Assembly: GCA_964035545.1 (NCBI GenBank)
Contig: OZ037767.1
Span: forward strand, 11,294,581 to 11,358,580
Length of the DNA stretch: 64,000 nucleotides
Reading direction: 5' to 3'
Origin: Bugula neritina
Taxonomy: Eukaryota; Animalia; Bryozoa
A model generated the notes under the pieces. It did no database searches and was not told the DNA's origin. It worked only from the letters and a program-made list of their open reading frames with translations. Position numbers and translations under genes: made by a program. Shown here in pieces: positions 13,745 to 27,118 of this stretch; position 1 is the first letter of the stretch; every line of letters begins with the position of its first letter.

Positions 13745-14086
13745 AAAGGAGCAATTATAGCTGAATGTCCTTCTTAAAATTGCTAATAACCTTTACTGGG
13801 AAAAAAGAGGGAGTAGCTGTGGACTAGGGGTTAGAGCGTTTACCTAGCAAGCATGAAGTCATGGGTTCAAACCCCGGCAAATGCCATTGGTAATGTTAGG
13901 AAGAGCATTCAGTCATAATTGCTCCAGTGCCCCATCTGAATAATTCCTAAGCCCAATATAACAAAAACCTTCGATCAGGGGTTTTCTCACAGGGGTGGTG
14001 ACTATAAACTTATGTGAGTTTACTGGGAAGAAAGCACACGACCTTGTGATTACACAGCTAACACTCTAACCACTACAGCTGCTCTC
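13745..14086 (-). mobile_element. Older, degraded SINE of a related family, interrupted by the + strand SINE
   Basis: Minus-strand head gagagcagctgtagtggttagagtgttagc...aaggtcgtg at 14086-14035. It continues beyond the insertion as attagcaattttaagaaggacattcagctataattgctcc (about 13788-13748), which matches the body of the inserted copy. Confidence 0.7.
13808..14018 (+). mobile_element. tRNA(Ala)-like SINE with a 16-bp target-site duplication
   Basis: Head with A-box-like ggactaggggttagagc, AGC anticodon-like loop (cctagcaag) and B box GGTTCAAACCC. Body contains ttaggaagagcattcagtcataattgctcc. Flanked by tttactgggaaaaaag (13792-13807) and tttactgggaagaaag (14019-14034). Confidence 0.8.
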
Positions 14087-14837
14087 TTTAAATATATTAA
14101 ATAATTTAAAAAGAAGAACTGAAATAAATGCTAAATAATTTTGACCCAATCTGAAATTTTCTTAACTAATTTATAAGACTATATAAGCTTATATAGGGCT
14201 AAAATTAGTAACGGCTAACAATTGAATGCTCTTGCAAAAAATTTAAAATAAATGCTTGTATTTCTTATTGAAAAATACCATCTGAGAAAAATATTATCTT
14301 TCTGTATGTTTTGCTATATTCATAGAAAACTAGGGATTTGCTCATGTCACCAAGTATAAAAATATTCGCATTAAGATATAGCTTCCACATTGTAGCAAAG
14401 AAGTTGTGTTTATTTATGAATTTATACTGTGTAAGGTTTGTTAATTCTTTCACCTTCATAGATGATTACACATACTTTGTGTATAACTCTATGTCTGTAA
14501 CTCAAATAAAATTCAGTTTTGTGGTTTTTGTGTTTTTGCTCATTTATCAAAAATATTCAAGTTGTAACTTTAAGCGTAGAATTCCTTGCAATGTTAGTTT
14601 GTTAATTATTGAATTTATGTGTTAGGCCATATCATCATAATTTTTATCACAGATTATAACGTTTATTTTTGAAAAATAAAATAATTAGAAATCTAAAATT
14701 ATAATAGCCATTTAAAAATATAAATTTTAATACACAAAATTCTTTTTACAAAAACATGTACAATACTGGCATGACTTTAGCCATCTGAAAAATAATAAAT
14801 AAAAAAATATAAAAGTCAGAAAAAATAGAATAAAGTT

Positions 14838-16104
14838 TTACCTCATAGAAGGTAAATTTGTTGGTAAAACCATACCACTAGATGGTGATGCATCGCCTTG
14901 AAGGCGCCTTAAATATAAGTCAGTGTAGGCTGCAGGGTTAAGCCCTTGGTAAAGATACCCTAAAGTGGCAGCTTGTGATGCCAGAATATTGCTATAGACA
15001 GCTGCGGCAGATGCGCTGAGGGGCATTGTGGGTAGGCGACTGTTTTCTGCTGATGATTTCATTGGCTCTAACAATCGTTCGACAGAAAAACTATTGAGAG
15101 AAGCTGAAGGGAGAGGAGATGGTTGGTCACCAGGCCGAGACATGCTTGCAAAAGACATAATACTTGTGGGAGTTGAAGTCGGTGGAAATCTGAGAGCCTG
15201 CGCGGCAGCATACTGTTGAGAGAGCCCCAGCAAGGCAGCCGGTGATGCCATGCCGGGCCACATCATACCTGCTTTTTCAGTCTGATATATTGGAGGCACA
15301 CTGCGTCTAAATGCTGCCAAGCGAGATCTTGAAACAGCTGTTGATCTGCGCCTTAGTTTACCGGTGCTGCCACCAATGAACACATCGTCACAGGAGGGGT
15401 CTAAGCACCAGTAGTTCCCTTTGCCCGGGTCATCATAGTGTCGAGGGACTTTCACGAAACATTTGTTCAGACTAAGGTTATGTCTGATAGAGTTCTGCCA
15501 CCCTTGCTTGTTCTCTCGATAATAAGGAAAGTTTTTCATGATGAACTCGTAAATTCCATTTAGAGTGAGTCTCTTCTCTGTACTGCTGCGTATTGCCATC
15601 ATAATAAGAGCATTGTAAGAAAATGGAGGTTTTTCAGATTTCTTTTCACCGTCTCCTGACTCAGAAGTTATGTTGCTGTTGTTATTGCTGTCGGTCTCAG
15701 TGATGTCATCAGGCTCTGACGTAACGTCAATATCTTCATCTTCAGATCCTATGAGACTTCTCTCTGAACATTCTTCTGTGGAAAAGAAAAGTTCAAGTTT
15801 TTATTCTGACACAAAACTTTCAGAAATACTTTTAGTGAAAAGATAAATTCCTACAATATATTATGTTTTCCTATAAAGCAGTATTATGCACATGAGTTTG
15901 CTCTATGGCCCAAAATTAAATATTTAAAATACTAATATATTATCAGTAATACTTTTCAGCATACAATATAACTAGACACTAGAGTGAAACAGTAACAGTA
16001 AAAGGATGCATACCTGAAGATTTTGGCTCTGGTGAAAGCATGCTGTCTATGGTAAATTTACTAAGTTTTGGTTTGTGTGAGATTTCCTCCTGAATGGTTG
16101 TCAT
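14838..16104 (-). CDS. FoxG: Forkhead box G transcription factor (FoxG1/sloppy-paired class), 2 exons, 342 aa
   Basis: Exon 1 16104-16014 ([30 protein letters not shown], with eh1 motif) splices in phase 1 to exon 2 15775-14838. Forkhead domain [75 protein letters not shown] is followed by the FoxG-diagnostic [17 protein letters not shown]. Confidence 0.95.
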
Positions 16105-16207
16105 ACTGTTCTCTGCGGTATCAAAGAGATGTTATATTCACAAGCAGTGATCCGATGTTGGCATTACAGGTGTGTATAGATAAATGTTATGGTTGTAGGA
16201 ACTATTG

Positions 16208-16283
16208 TGTTTATATACATATTATTATCTGTATAGCACGCATCAGCCTCCTTAATGAATTTACGATACAATAGCTGGCCAAT
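16208..16283 (-). promoter_or_regulatory. Candidate FoxG core promoter: TATA box overlapping a forkhead site, plus a CCAAT box
   Basis: Minus-strand TATATAAACA at 16217-16208, about 105 bp upstream of the ATG. GGCCAATG at 16277-16284. Motif match only. Confidence 0.4.
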
Positions 16284-16521
16284 GAAAAGCAATCTTTTAC
16301 AGCCCAAAGAAGCATGACAAAAGTGAAGTTATTGTAGCTATAAACTAGTATTATGTATAAAGTTATGAGCTGTTTAGCAGCAGCCTAGAGATAAAGTAAT
16401 ACAGTTATAGATTAATTTAAAGTGGTAAAAGTTACCAAATTAATTTATTTCAAATATTGAAAACTACATAAGAAATGTTTGTTTTATTACCAATGAATTG
16501 GCAAGCACAATATTTGACATG

Positions 16522-16622
<101 letters not shown>

Positions 16623-19600
16623 CATAATTCTTTTGCTTATAGTACAGAAAGTTCTTTGATTTAATAAGTTCTATCAAACATAAATGCATGACTTACTAAT
16701 AATTTTTGGGATTCACATTTTTTAAAATTGATTAGTTATAAATCTAAAAACTTAAATCTATCATTTTTTTTAATTTCTTAGCATAAATGGTTCTTTTATG
16801 TTTTTACTAATCTATTTATAGATCAATTTTGACAATAATTTTATTGTGAAAACAGTATTTTCAAAGCTAATATACTCATTATTTACTATTTGACGTACTT
16901 TTAACTGTTTTTTGTTTTGCGTAGTATAATAAATTATTATATCTATATATTTTGAATCAACAAATTTAGCCAGTTGTATATAGCTAACACCAATTAAACT
17001 TCACTTTGGAAAAGTTTCCTGTGTTCTACAAAATAATCTTTCCATGTTTTTACTGCCAAAACATTACCAACAGAAATGTTGCAATGAGTGTCTGAATTTT
17101 TGAATAAGGTTCTCAGTTTTGAAGGGCTTTATTTCTCCCAGAATTCCGAGTATCCTTCTATCATTTAGATTTTAGGGCATACATATAGTAAGTTATACAT
17201 TATATTGGTATATATAACATGCTAATAAAAAGTTTCCGTTGTTTAAAGCTTTCATTCCTAGGATAGCCCTGATTACAAGGGCCTTTTATCAGGCTAAGAA
17301 CAGTACCACAATACACTGGAAACTTTTTGATGTCTTGAATGAACACAAATCAACAAATTACCATTAAATTTATTTAAAATATTCACACTCTATATTGAAA
17401 ACTTAGGATGTGCTCATAAACATATCTCCACAAATACTGTGAGACTACTTTTAGCAGAATAAAGCAATTCAAAGAGATTGTTTAATGTCTTCAATCTGCT
17501 ATATTATGCTGGCAGCTGTAACAGCCATGTTTATTTCTGCCAGTCAAAGATTGTTGATAATAAAATTTTATGAACTTGTTGTGTACAAACAAACTACCCC
17601 AAGGGTGTTAAATTACATAATACTGTCCAGAGCATTGCTTTTGTAATATTCTTTAAAATAAAACATTTTAACATCATAAAGTATTAATGACAATTTAATA
17701 ATACTAAGTATGTGTAGTCTTTTTAAATAACTGACAGATCATTTATGCTTACAAAGCTTTGGGCATTTATTTATGTTTGGAAGAAATAAACCAGCACACC
17801 ATAAATCAATGTTGGGACTTGTATATTTATGTTTTCTGTGTATATCAAGGTGTAAATATTTGTAAGTAAGTTGCTCATGCTGCTATATGCTGCACATGGA
17901 TATAACATGATATTATTGTAATCATTGACATTGAGCTACGAGGGTAATAAATCACATAGATGAATTCAGCACATAAACATCTCGCTAGGAAATAGTTTAA
18001 GGTAACACTGGAAGTTTGCTGTGCATAGATGTAAGTTCTTCTGCTTATCCTACTGCTTATACCACTTATGTTTTCTAACATGATTACGCAGATGGACAAC
18101 TTCTATAGCTACAATCAGACCTTGGGCTATTCAAAGCGTCTGCAATCTCGCCCCTATCTCTTTTAACACCTACGCTATGGCTGCACTATACAATCAACAT
18201 AACGCTTGTAGTTGAATAACCAACATTTATTTTTTATAAAATGACAACGTGATCATTGTAAATGTTATAAAACTTATGTATTTTACAAAAAAAATGTAAA
18301 AATGGTTATGTAGTCAACTATGAATAATGGCAGACTACAAGAAAATCATCCCTTGAAATTGATGGCAACCCATTGTAATCTGTGTGCACATACATATAGG
18401 TACTGCTATATCTCAAACAAACTGGTAGGTTAGGTGGCATAAATTTTCAACAACTAATTTACGTGGTTTTTAACAAACTGCAGTGTTAATTTACAGAGGC
18501 ATGGGTAGAGGGTGAACCACATTAGCTACTCAGTCAAGGTTAGTGATAAGTAGAGGTAAATTTGATAGGAGATATAATCTGTGGTTGTTTGCTATTAATT
18601 AAACAAAATAGTAACTAAAATGCTTCCTTGATTAAACAAAACCTAAGAAAACAAACACATGAGGGTTTGGTGCTGATAGTAGCTTGAAAACGGATACTAT
18701 TTTTGAAGGCTGTAAAGAATTAACAATAAATGTATAAAGATTCCAAACTAGAGGGTGTCCTCTATATAGGCTATATAAAAATTATACAGCTTATATAGTG
18801 TTAAAGTGTCATGTTAGGGATAATATGCACAGGCATATGCTGATGTTGAAAGAGTTTGATTTTCAATTTTTACTGCAGATATTCTGTATGAACTGTTGAA
18901 AGGAGCAAAATTAAACTGTGGCACTGATAATAGTGCATGCAGGTTTTCATGGCTGAAGGAATTTGACATCTTCTCTTATTTAGCCTCAGGCCTCTGGTTC
19001 TATAAAACAATGTGAAAAGTTTTATAACTGACAACAGTAGCTGCCTGCAGCAATAAAATATAATATGATTACAGCTAAACTGCCATAATACATAATGTCC
19101 TAATTTGCTTGTTTAAAGACTTAAGATGAATTAATTCCTGCCATATGTGGGTATATGACTGCTTAGTATGGAGGAGGGAGAGAAGAGAGTGACACAAGTA
19201 ACCTTATATCTGATCTAGAAGCAATTTACTAAAAGTGGAGGTAACTGTTTGCATACAAATTAATTTAGTGCAGAATATAATAGAATATAGGCATGTTTGT
19301 GTTAGTTTGACATGAACAGCAGGTATCCAAGTGTCAATCAGAGCATTTGTTTACTCAACAGTCTAGTATTATGACAACATTGGCAGGTTCTCCTCCTTGC
19401 TTCTCTATAACATTGTATCTTCTTTCTTGATTCTTTCTTCTTTTAGTCTGCTAGACATGAATTTGCAAAGATATTAATTTTCAATAATAACTAAACACAA
19501 TTTTGCAAACAAATAAAACAGTGATAACTATGAAAACTGATTTCAGAGATTGAAAGTATTTTTTCGCGGACTTCAATGGGGCAGTGTTTGTATATTTATA

Positions 19601-19989
19601 TCCCAACAATTAACAAGAAAGATCTGCACCATGCATTATATAGAATATAAATTTACACTCAATGGTTTAAATCATTAGCCCTGAATAAATAAAATAAACT
19701 TGAAATTGTAGGTTTCACTCAGCTTTGAGATATGGAAGAAGATGACGTAATTTATAATACTGCAAAATAGTTTCCTAATAATATAATGCAGGGATTTACA
19801 CTATAACGTTTCCAAGCTTTGCATTATCCTAATGGATTTTTCAGTCATTGTTTGGAAACAGTTGCATCGAATAAAACCATAACCATAGGTTCATCCATTG
19901 CAAAATGTGAAGCAATGAAAACAAAGTGATGAGAAAGCAATGAAAAACTGAGGCGTAATATGTCTTGTACATGGCCTATAGCTAGACTG

Positions 19990-20332
19990 CAGGGGTGTCC
20001 AACCTCTTCAAACCATGGGCCACTGAAAGGGAACATTTCAGTGGTGAGGGCCACATTGTAAACTTTAGCTTGTGCTGGGGGCCACAGCATCAGTATTTCT
20101 CAAATTTATTTATTCCAAAACTTTATGAACCATTACACAACTGAGTCCTAACATAGTTACTGCAGGATGCATGTTCTGTAGCATGTGTATAAATTAGACA
20201 TTTAAAATGTAGGTTTTCACTCTAATTCATTTATATGTGTAAAAACTAATTTTAGCTTAATGCCTTCAAGGGTCTCATAAATGTAGGCTGGGGGTCACAT
20301 TCGGCCCTGGGGGCGCCTGTTGGACAGCCCTG
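19990..20332. mobile_element. hAT (Charlie-like) MITE, copy 1
   Basis: TIRs CAGGGGTGTCCAAC...GTTGGACAGCCCTG. Degenerate 8-bp target duplication agctagac/agctagag (NTCTAGAN-like; 2 extra nt on the left). A second copy lies at 49539-49884 in the opposite orientation. Confidence 0.85.
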
Positions 20333-21621
20333 AGCTAGAGTGCCAAAGTGGTTGCCATGGTGAGTAGTAATTACTTTCCCCTGCATCTCTATACGCATGT
20401 CAATGACCTATGCATAATAATACCATTTTAATAAAAATAAGCATTACAGTTTCAATTCTCCCAACGCTGGTCTCAGTTTCAACAAAGCAGAACTTTTTGT
20501 TTTATGCTGAATAAAATTTTAACTTCGATCAAGCATGTATAATTTATGTAGCTAAATCAACATAAAAGTTTATAAATTAATTAATAATATAATAGAACTT
20601 CTTGAAGTAAATGAATAAATATTTAATGCATATATTTTTCACACAAATGCAATGATAGAAAACGTTTAAATAATAGAAACATGAAGCCAAAACTAGTTTG
20701 GGCTGCTGAACGGTATAACAATATGTTGCATTCCCTACCAGCCAATATTTTGTCTGTAACATTGTAGAAGGATTCGCCTTATCACCAGCTGACGCTCATA
20801 GGTTGTTGCTGTAGAATAAATTATTCATAATTCTTGTACCTATAGGCAGTTACACGCTGGCCCCTGCACTTTCTTTAAACTGATTTAATTTATACGCTGT
20901 AGGTGATTTGGAGTCGACACGCGACATATTTCTACCTGCCTAAAATTTGCTAGTAATTACGTTTACCTACATGCAAATAGATGTGTATAATCCTTGGCAA
21001 TGATGAGTATAATTTCAAAAGCACATCTTGTCAACAGATAAAATAAAATTGAGTTTTGATAAGTTCTAAAAAGAAATAGCATATAAGAAGCCGAAAATTT
21101 GCTGAATAAATAAGACTGATTAATTAGAGTGTGAACTCTAGTACATGCTATGAGTATTAAATGGTAATACATGTACGTTTTAATTGTAATAACTATAAGT
21201 ATACATATAATGCAGTGGAGAAATAAATAAATTGCCTATTATAGCTACTACGCTCTAGTTTGATTGTAGTCTGAGAACACAACTCCAAGTGTATTGTAAA
21301 TAAACCAGTCTGTTGTACCATTAGTATGAAATTTATTGTAATGGAAGCTGCTAGAAATATGTCATAGAATTAGGAATTCTGAAAAGTTTGAAAAATTATT
21401 GTTGCTCTCACATGAAATAAACACATGACTAGTCACTTGGAATATTAAATTAAAAACACTGTCACAATCCATGGAATAGCTACAAAAGTCAATAGCTAAA
21501 AATCAGCAGCAAAAATTTCATAAAAGAACAAAACTATACAAAATTATGCATAAGAACTGATAGATTATGCAAAATAAATTGTCTGCTAGCATATTTCATG
21601 GCACTGGTGGGTGACTTGGAC

Positions 21622-24600
21622 TTATTTTGTGGCTGATTTAACCTGTGTTTCAGGCAATGCTTGTTTTACACTTTCTGGAATTCGGGCTAAGTACCAATCA
21701 TGATCAGCTTTGAGGGTGGCCAGCACACCACCCGTGTTCTTGTGTTGCACATCTTTGTGATACTTTAAATCATTACCTAAAAATAATTCCATTAGTGAAG
21801 AAATGAAAACACAACTCCGCACAACAAATAAATATAGTTTCAATAAAAAAAGGAATATTATTTATTTGGAGGAAATACAGTGGACAGCTGTTGTAAGTTT
21901 TGCAGATAGCTATCTGATAGAAAACAAAATTCTATCAAATTTGAAGATAATAACATGATAATTATATACAAAACTCTGTTGAACAGATAACTCCTAATAC
22001 AGTGATGGTGCTGTGCACATGTGACAGACTACCTGCTCAGACAGAGTGAGATCTGTAGCCAAAATCATGTACTCAGACTATAAGACTACAATGAAGCACA
22101 CATTTATTCAAATATGATACAAGCAGTTACTTTCGCAAACTTTTATACACCTGTCAGAGGTATCGCCTTTAGGAAATTAATAATGATTTTAAGTTTATCT
22201 TATGCCAAAGTAGATTCGGAGAAGAATATTTGCAGCGGCTGGTTTACTGTTGACATTCTGATAAGTCATTAACTCACCGTGCATGTCTGTGAGTCGGCCG
22301 CCTTTCGCCCGCAACAACACTTCAGGTGCACACGTGTCCCATTTCTTGCACCCAGGGCTGCCGAATACGTATGCATGTACTAAGCCATCAAGTAGCAACA
22401 GCACCTATGGAGTAGTATGGCTGAGTAACTAATACACTGACAGTATGGTATAGTATAGAGCTAAATAAGTCTTTCCATTCTCAGCGCAATTCAACAAAGT
22501 TCATTAAGAAGACAACTACATACATGACAGAGTAACAAAAAATTACATATTTTGTCAACTATAAGAACAGTAACACATGGAAATGAGAGCAAGTAACATA
22601 CATTATACATTAGAGCACATAGTGTAATAGCCGTATACTTTTTCTTATGCTTTCATGACAGAGATTTAACACAAAATTGTTAGCCCTAAGACATACAACA
22701 CAGTGTAACAGCTAAATACTACAAACCTTATGACCAGCACCGCCAACTCTGACAACCTCCGTAGGTTCACAGGCTTCTACAGAATCGACTACAGTGGGGT
22801 TAGAGTGAGATCTAGTGGTGGTAATTATGTTCCCTTCAGTTGGAGGCTCAGTGTTTCCTAGTCCAAACGTTCCTTTAAATAGTTAGACATGAAAACATCA
22901 CAAAGTAATCAAAATCTAATTTAATGACATTTTGTATTTTATTCTATTTGGGAGAAAAAAATCAAATCACACAGTTGTATACTTAGAGAAAAATATTAAA
23001 ACTATATTTAACCACTTTTTCGAATAAAAGTCAAATATAAAGCCAGCAAATTCAAGTTTACATTCGATAACTTGAAGCGTTCCAAGTGAGAAACTTCAAC
23101 TACACACTCACCCAAGCCTATCATACCCCAGAGTGTTCTCCCTAGCTCCGCCCCTGGTGTCTGGTAGTTAAAGTATGGCTGATAGACAACCCCGGCAATT
23201 GCCTTCCCTTGCCACGCCAGACCAATGAGTACGGTCACGTGATCCAGAAGACCCTGCGTGAACTCAGCTGTACCGTCCAGGGGGTCTACCCACACCACCA
23301 GCTGCAACAGAGTAGCAGTAACCATGGCAATATAATCCTACCTCTCACTCCAGTATATCATTTAACACAGGCTATCTCTCACCTCAGCATATCATAGAAC
23401 ACAGGCTATGTCTCGCCTCAGGGTATTATAGAACACAGGCTATGTCTCACCTCAGACTCCTTAGCCTCAGTGTACTCAACTGGGCAGCTCTCCTTCAAAA
23501 CCTCTTCTGATAAACTCGTTTCCAGATATTCTTTGTCAGCCGTAGCCATTTCATTCAGATTATCCTGCAACAGATCATGTGACTATATAGGAAATCATGT
23601 GAAATGTACAGCAGATTATGTGACGTGTATAGAAAATGAACAAATACATTTTTTGAAAATAAACTTATTCCAATACCCGGAAAGAATTTATTTTCTAAAG
23701 TTTGCATCATTGTCATATCACTGTAGTGTACAAAATATGATTTATTAGCATCATTTCATTGATGTTAGTTTATAAAAATAGAACATTTTATACTGGAGAC
23801 AAGTGCATAGAGAATGAGTTGGTTTAAGAGATCATTGCAAGACATTACAAAGCAAGGTGAGATGCAGAAGACATCAAAAGAATCATTTTAAGAACACACA
23901 GCTCCGATATAAAGGTAAACTCTAGTAAACACAATGATGCTGGGTCATCATTCTACTGCATGAAGCAGAGAGCTGTGAGGGAATCAAGTTGTTACAACAG
24001 TCTTATAACAGCCAGCAGTATTACAGGTAGAGAAACACACAACTGCAGGTAGTTGCAGGTACCAGCAGGAACACAGTGTACAGCACACAAAGTAGAACGA
24101 CAATCAACTACGCATCTCACAGTTCTTAAAACACTCGATTTAACAAAACTTACTGAAAAGTTGAAAAGAAATTAGCTTTAGTAGCTATTCCAGTTCAGCA
24201 AACAGTAAAATTTTTCATTTCAGTTGATCAACAGATGGCGTTGCCACAGCAACAATGTCCTTCACCTTGCTGCCGGTGTTGATGCTTCACTCACCTCTTC
24301 TCCAATGATGGTGAGTTGAGGGAACTGGTGAGTGAGAGAGGAGACGATACATCTCTGGACGGCTCTGTCCGCCTCAGTCTGAAGGTCATTTTTGTTTTCC
24401 TGTAAAATATTTCACTCTCTAGACAGGAGAAATGAACGCAATCAGCATTTGAATAGTAGCTTGACTCAAAAATACCTAATATATTGACATTATCTGGCTG
24501 TCGGTACTATTTTTGGAATTAATTTTTGATTTTGTGTGATTGATATTTTTCATAATTTGTGTTGTACACCTACTACATGAATTCACTCTACAATGCAAGA

Positions 24601-25278
24601 AGCTTTGTGTATTTTGAGATAATGTGACATAGCGCACTAATTACCAGAAATACCAATATATTGAGTACAAATACAAATGGCTATAGAAATACCGACTGCT
24701 ATGAAACTTACACTGAAAACGAAGATATCAAAATTAAACACTGAAGCTAAACCAAATATTGGCTTAGCACAAATTAAAACATGTAATAAAAGAACTTTCA
24801 ATTAATGAGATTTTAAATTTAAATCTCTAAATTCTTTGACAATGTGAGAACACATAACAGTGTATATGCTAGTAGCAAATGCAATGCTAACTATTTTATG
24901 GATCATGATTATATATATATAAATTCAATATTAAAATATGAGAACAACATAAAGTAAAATCCATCTTAATGTGTATAAATGTATCTTTATGCTTCTTTTG
25001 CACTAAAATTTTACAATTATGTTAGAATTAAAATCTGATCAGTTTAAAAATGTTTAATTTGACAGCAATGAAGTGGGCGTGTCCTCAACATACACACCTA
25101 AATATAGTGAACATGACTTAAACCAGGACACTGATTAGAACAATTAAGCTATACTCACTTTTTCCACAATTCCAAGGTTGCCAGAGCTGAGAATTTTCCT
25201 AATTATTGTACCGGATCTGTTAGCAACAGCAACAGATGCTGCCAGCACTTTCAATGCAGTACAGGAAGTAGATGCCAT
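21622..25278 (-). CDS. BPNT1: 3'(2'),5'-bisphosphate nucleotidase 1, 7 exons, 318 aa
   Basis: Exons 25278-25159, 24399-24295, 23564-23451, 23301-23112, 22872-22727, 22404-22278 and 21776-21622 are all GT-AG and phase-consistent. Motifs [55 protein letters not shown] and GVLATL match BPNT1. Confidence 0.95.
23344..23455. repeat. 34-bp tandem repeat (about 3.3 copies) that includes the BPNT1 exon 3 splice donor
   Basis: ctcacctcag/ctcgcctcag/ctcactccag recur at 23344, 23378, 23412 and 23446. Confidence 0.85.
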
Positions 25279-26371
25279 TCTTCACAGATTGCTACTAATA
25301 CGAAAGTTCTGCAACACAAATCTAGACTGGTGCAATAGAGCAAGGCATTGTTTACTATATATGTGCGATGTTCTGTTGGGTATTTCTTTGCACTATGGAT
25401 ATCACATCACCGGTGTATCAAAAGAGGAGTAACCAATAGACGTGATTATATGCTGATATACGTTATGACAAGTCACCTTAATATTCTTATGACTATTACA
25501 TTTACTATGACTAGTATCAGTGCATCCTATTATAGGAAAAAGAGCACGGTCGATATGACCCATTATAAGTTATTACCGTTAAGATAAAATATATCTGTAA
25601 TGGTTATTTCTTATGATCAATACTATGCCTAATAGCAGTAGCAATACTAATGCTAACAGTTACAATATGAATATAACACAACTTATATTATAAGTAATAG
25701 TACCGCAATGAAATTGATTTGAGGTTATGAATCTACGAGATTATCACTATCAGTAGGTATAACTACAACATGAACTATAAAGATACGAATAAGTATTACT
25801 ATTACTATTAGTGTAAATCTAAGGTCTAAGCATAAATACAATATTACAAACTTAGTTTTAGTCTTAGTCTTACTATGTATTAGTATTACAATCACTATCA
25901 CTATGACCATGAAATTCATAAATATCAATATGAATGTCACCAACACTATGATAATGATTATCACTATCAGTATCACTATCACTAAGACTTATCAGTATCC
26001 CTACGCTATTCTCTAAGAGTAAAATTAAAAACAATATTATTATTATTAATAATAATATAAAATAAATATAAATATTATTATTAAATTTAATAAATTAATT
26101 CAATGTTCATTATCATTATGATTATTATTATACTTATGCCTCATACTCATAGCTATCCTAATTAAATAAAATTAACACAGTAACTAAAACGTGATTGACC
26201 TTAAATTTGTACTCAGTGTTAGTGTTACAGTAACAAAAGAAGCTGGGTGAGGGTAGCCTTGTTTTGACTTTGATATCTGCCTGCTTGCTTTAGGAGACGT
26301 TATTTGGAGCCTGGAGTTATAGGTAGGCGGATCTTATGATCATTGAACTCTCACACTCTATACTAATTTAA

Positions 26372-27118
26372 CTGGCTTTCCATGTACCGATCTGAGATCG
26401 ATCTTAGCGAGATCGATCCATGGAAAGACGCCAAAGATCGATCTCCGTCGATCTGAGCTGGTCGGTCTGTGGAGCTCGAACTCAGATCGATCTAATGTCA
26501 ATAAGACCATGGAAAGACGCCAGATCGATCTGAGAAGGAGAAAAAGACTGCGCGCTACAATGTTGTCTGCTAATAAAAATGATAACTTGTTGATAATTAC
26601 TAAGCAAAGTATTAAATAATTATGATAGCCACCTTTTTAGATGCCAAAACTTTGACTTTCAGTACAATGATTAAGAAAACTCAATTATATGCAGTAGAAG
26701 GTAAAATAATTTGGAGAATTTAAATTGAAATTAAATGACCATTAAGACTTAGTTTCATTAGCTATTTTCTTTGTAATTTTAAGCCTAACAGTCCTGTAAG
26801 TTTATTAATAATCTGCAAGACAGCCATTAATTTTATATAAGCTGTCAAGCTAAAAAATTAAAATTAATTATTTTAAATTGGCCAAATTACCATACACTGA
26901 AAGCTTTGCTGCGTATAGTTTATAGCTGAGATTAAATTTTAGACTACGGCCACCTTGTTTTCAACAGTAGTAGCTTTAATCACTCAAATAGGTGAACAAA
27001 TTATACTTTTAAAGTATCCTTCACTTAAGAGGAGGTAACTTCGCGAGATCGATCTGACACTCTCATGGAAAAACGATCGATCTGAGCACATGTCTCAGAT
27101 CGGTACATGGAAAGCCCG
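26372..27118. mobile_element. Non-autonomous DNA transposon (MITE, about 750 bp), probably PIF/Harbinger-like
   Basis: 24-bp perfect TIR core GGCTTTCCATGTACCGATCTGAGA...TCTCAGATCGGTACATGGAAAGCC. Subterminal GATCGATC and CATGGAAAGACGCCA repeats. Flanks are (T)TAA and TGA(A), so the TSD type is ambiguous. Confidence 0.85.

Noticed and set aside
13808-13885. Functional tRNA-Ala gene
   Set aside because: Acceptor and anticodon stems do not pair well, and it is followed by a SINE body and flanked by a TSD.
22195-22277. Alternative BPNT1 C-terminus by read-through (GELMTYQ...)
   Set aside because: There is a strong GTGAGT donor at 22277, and a well-conserved terminal exon exists at 21776-21622.
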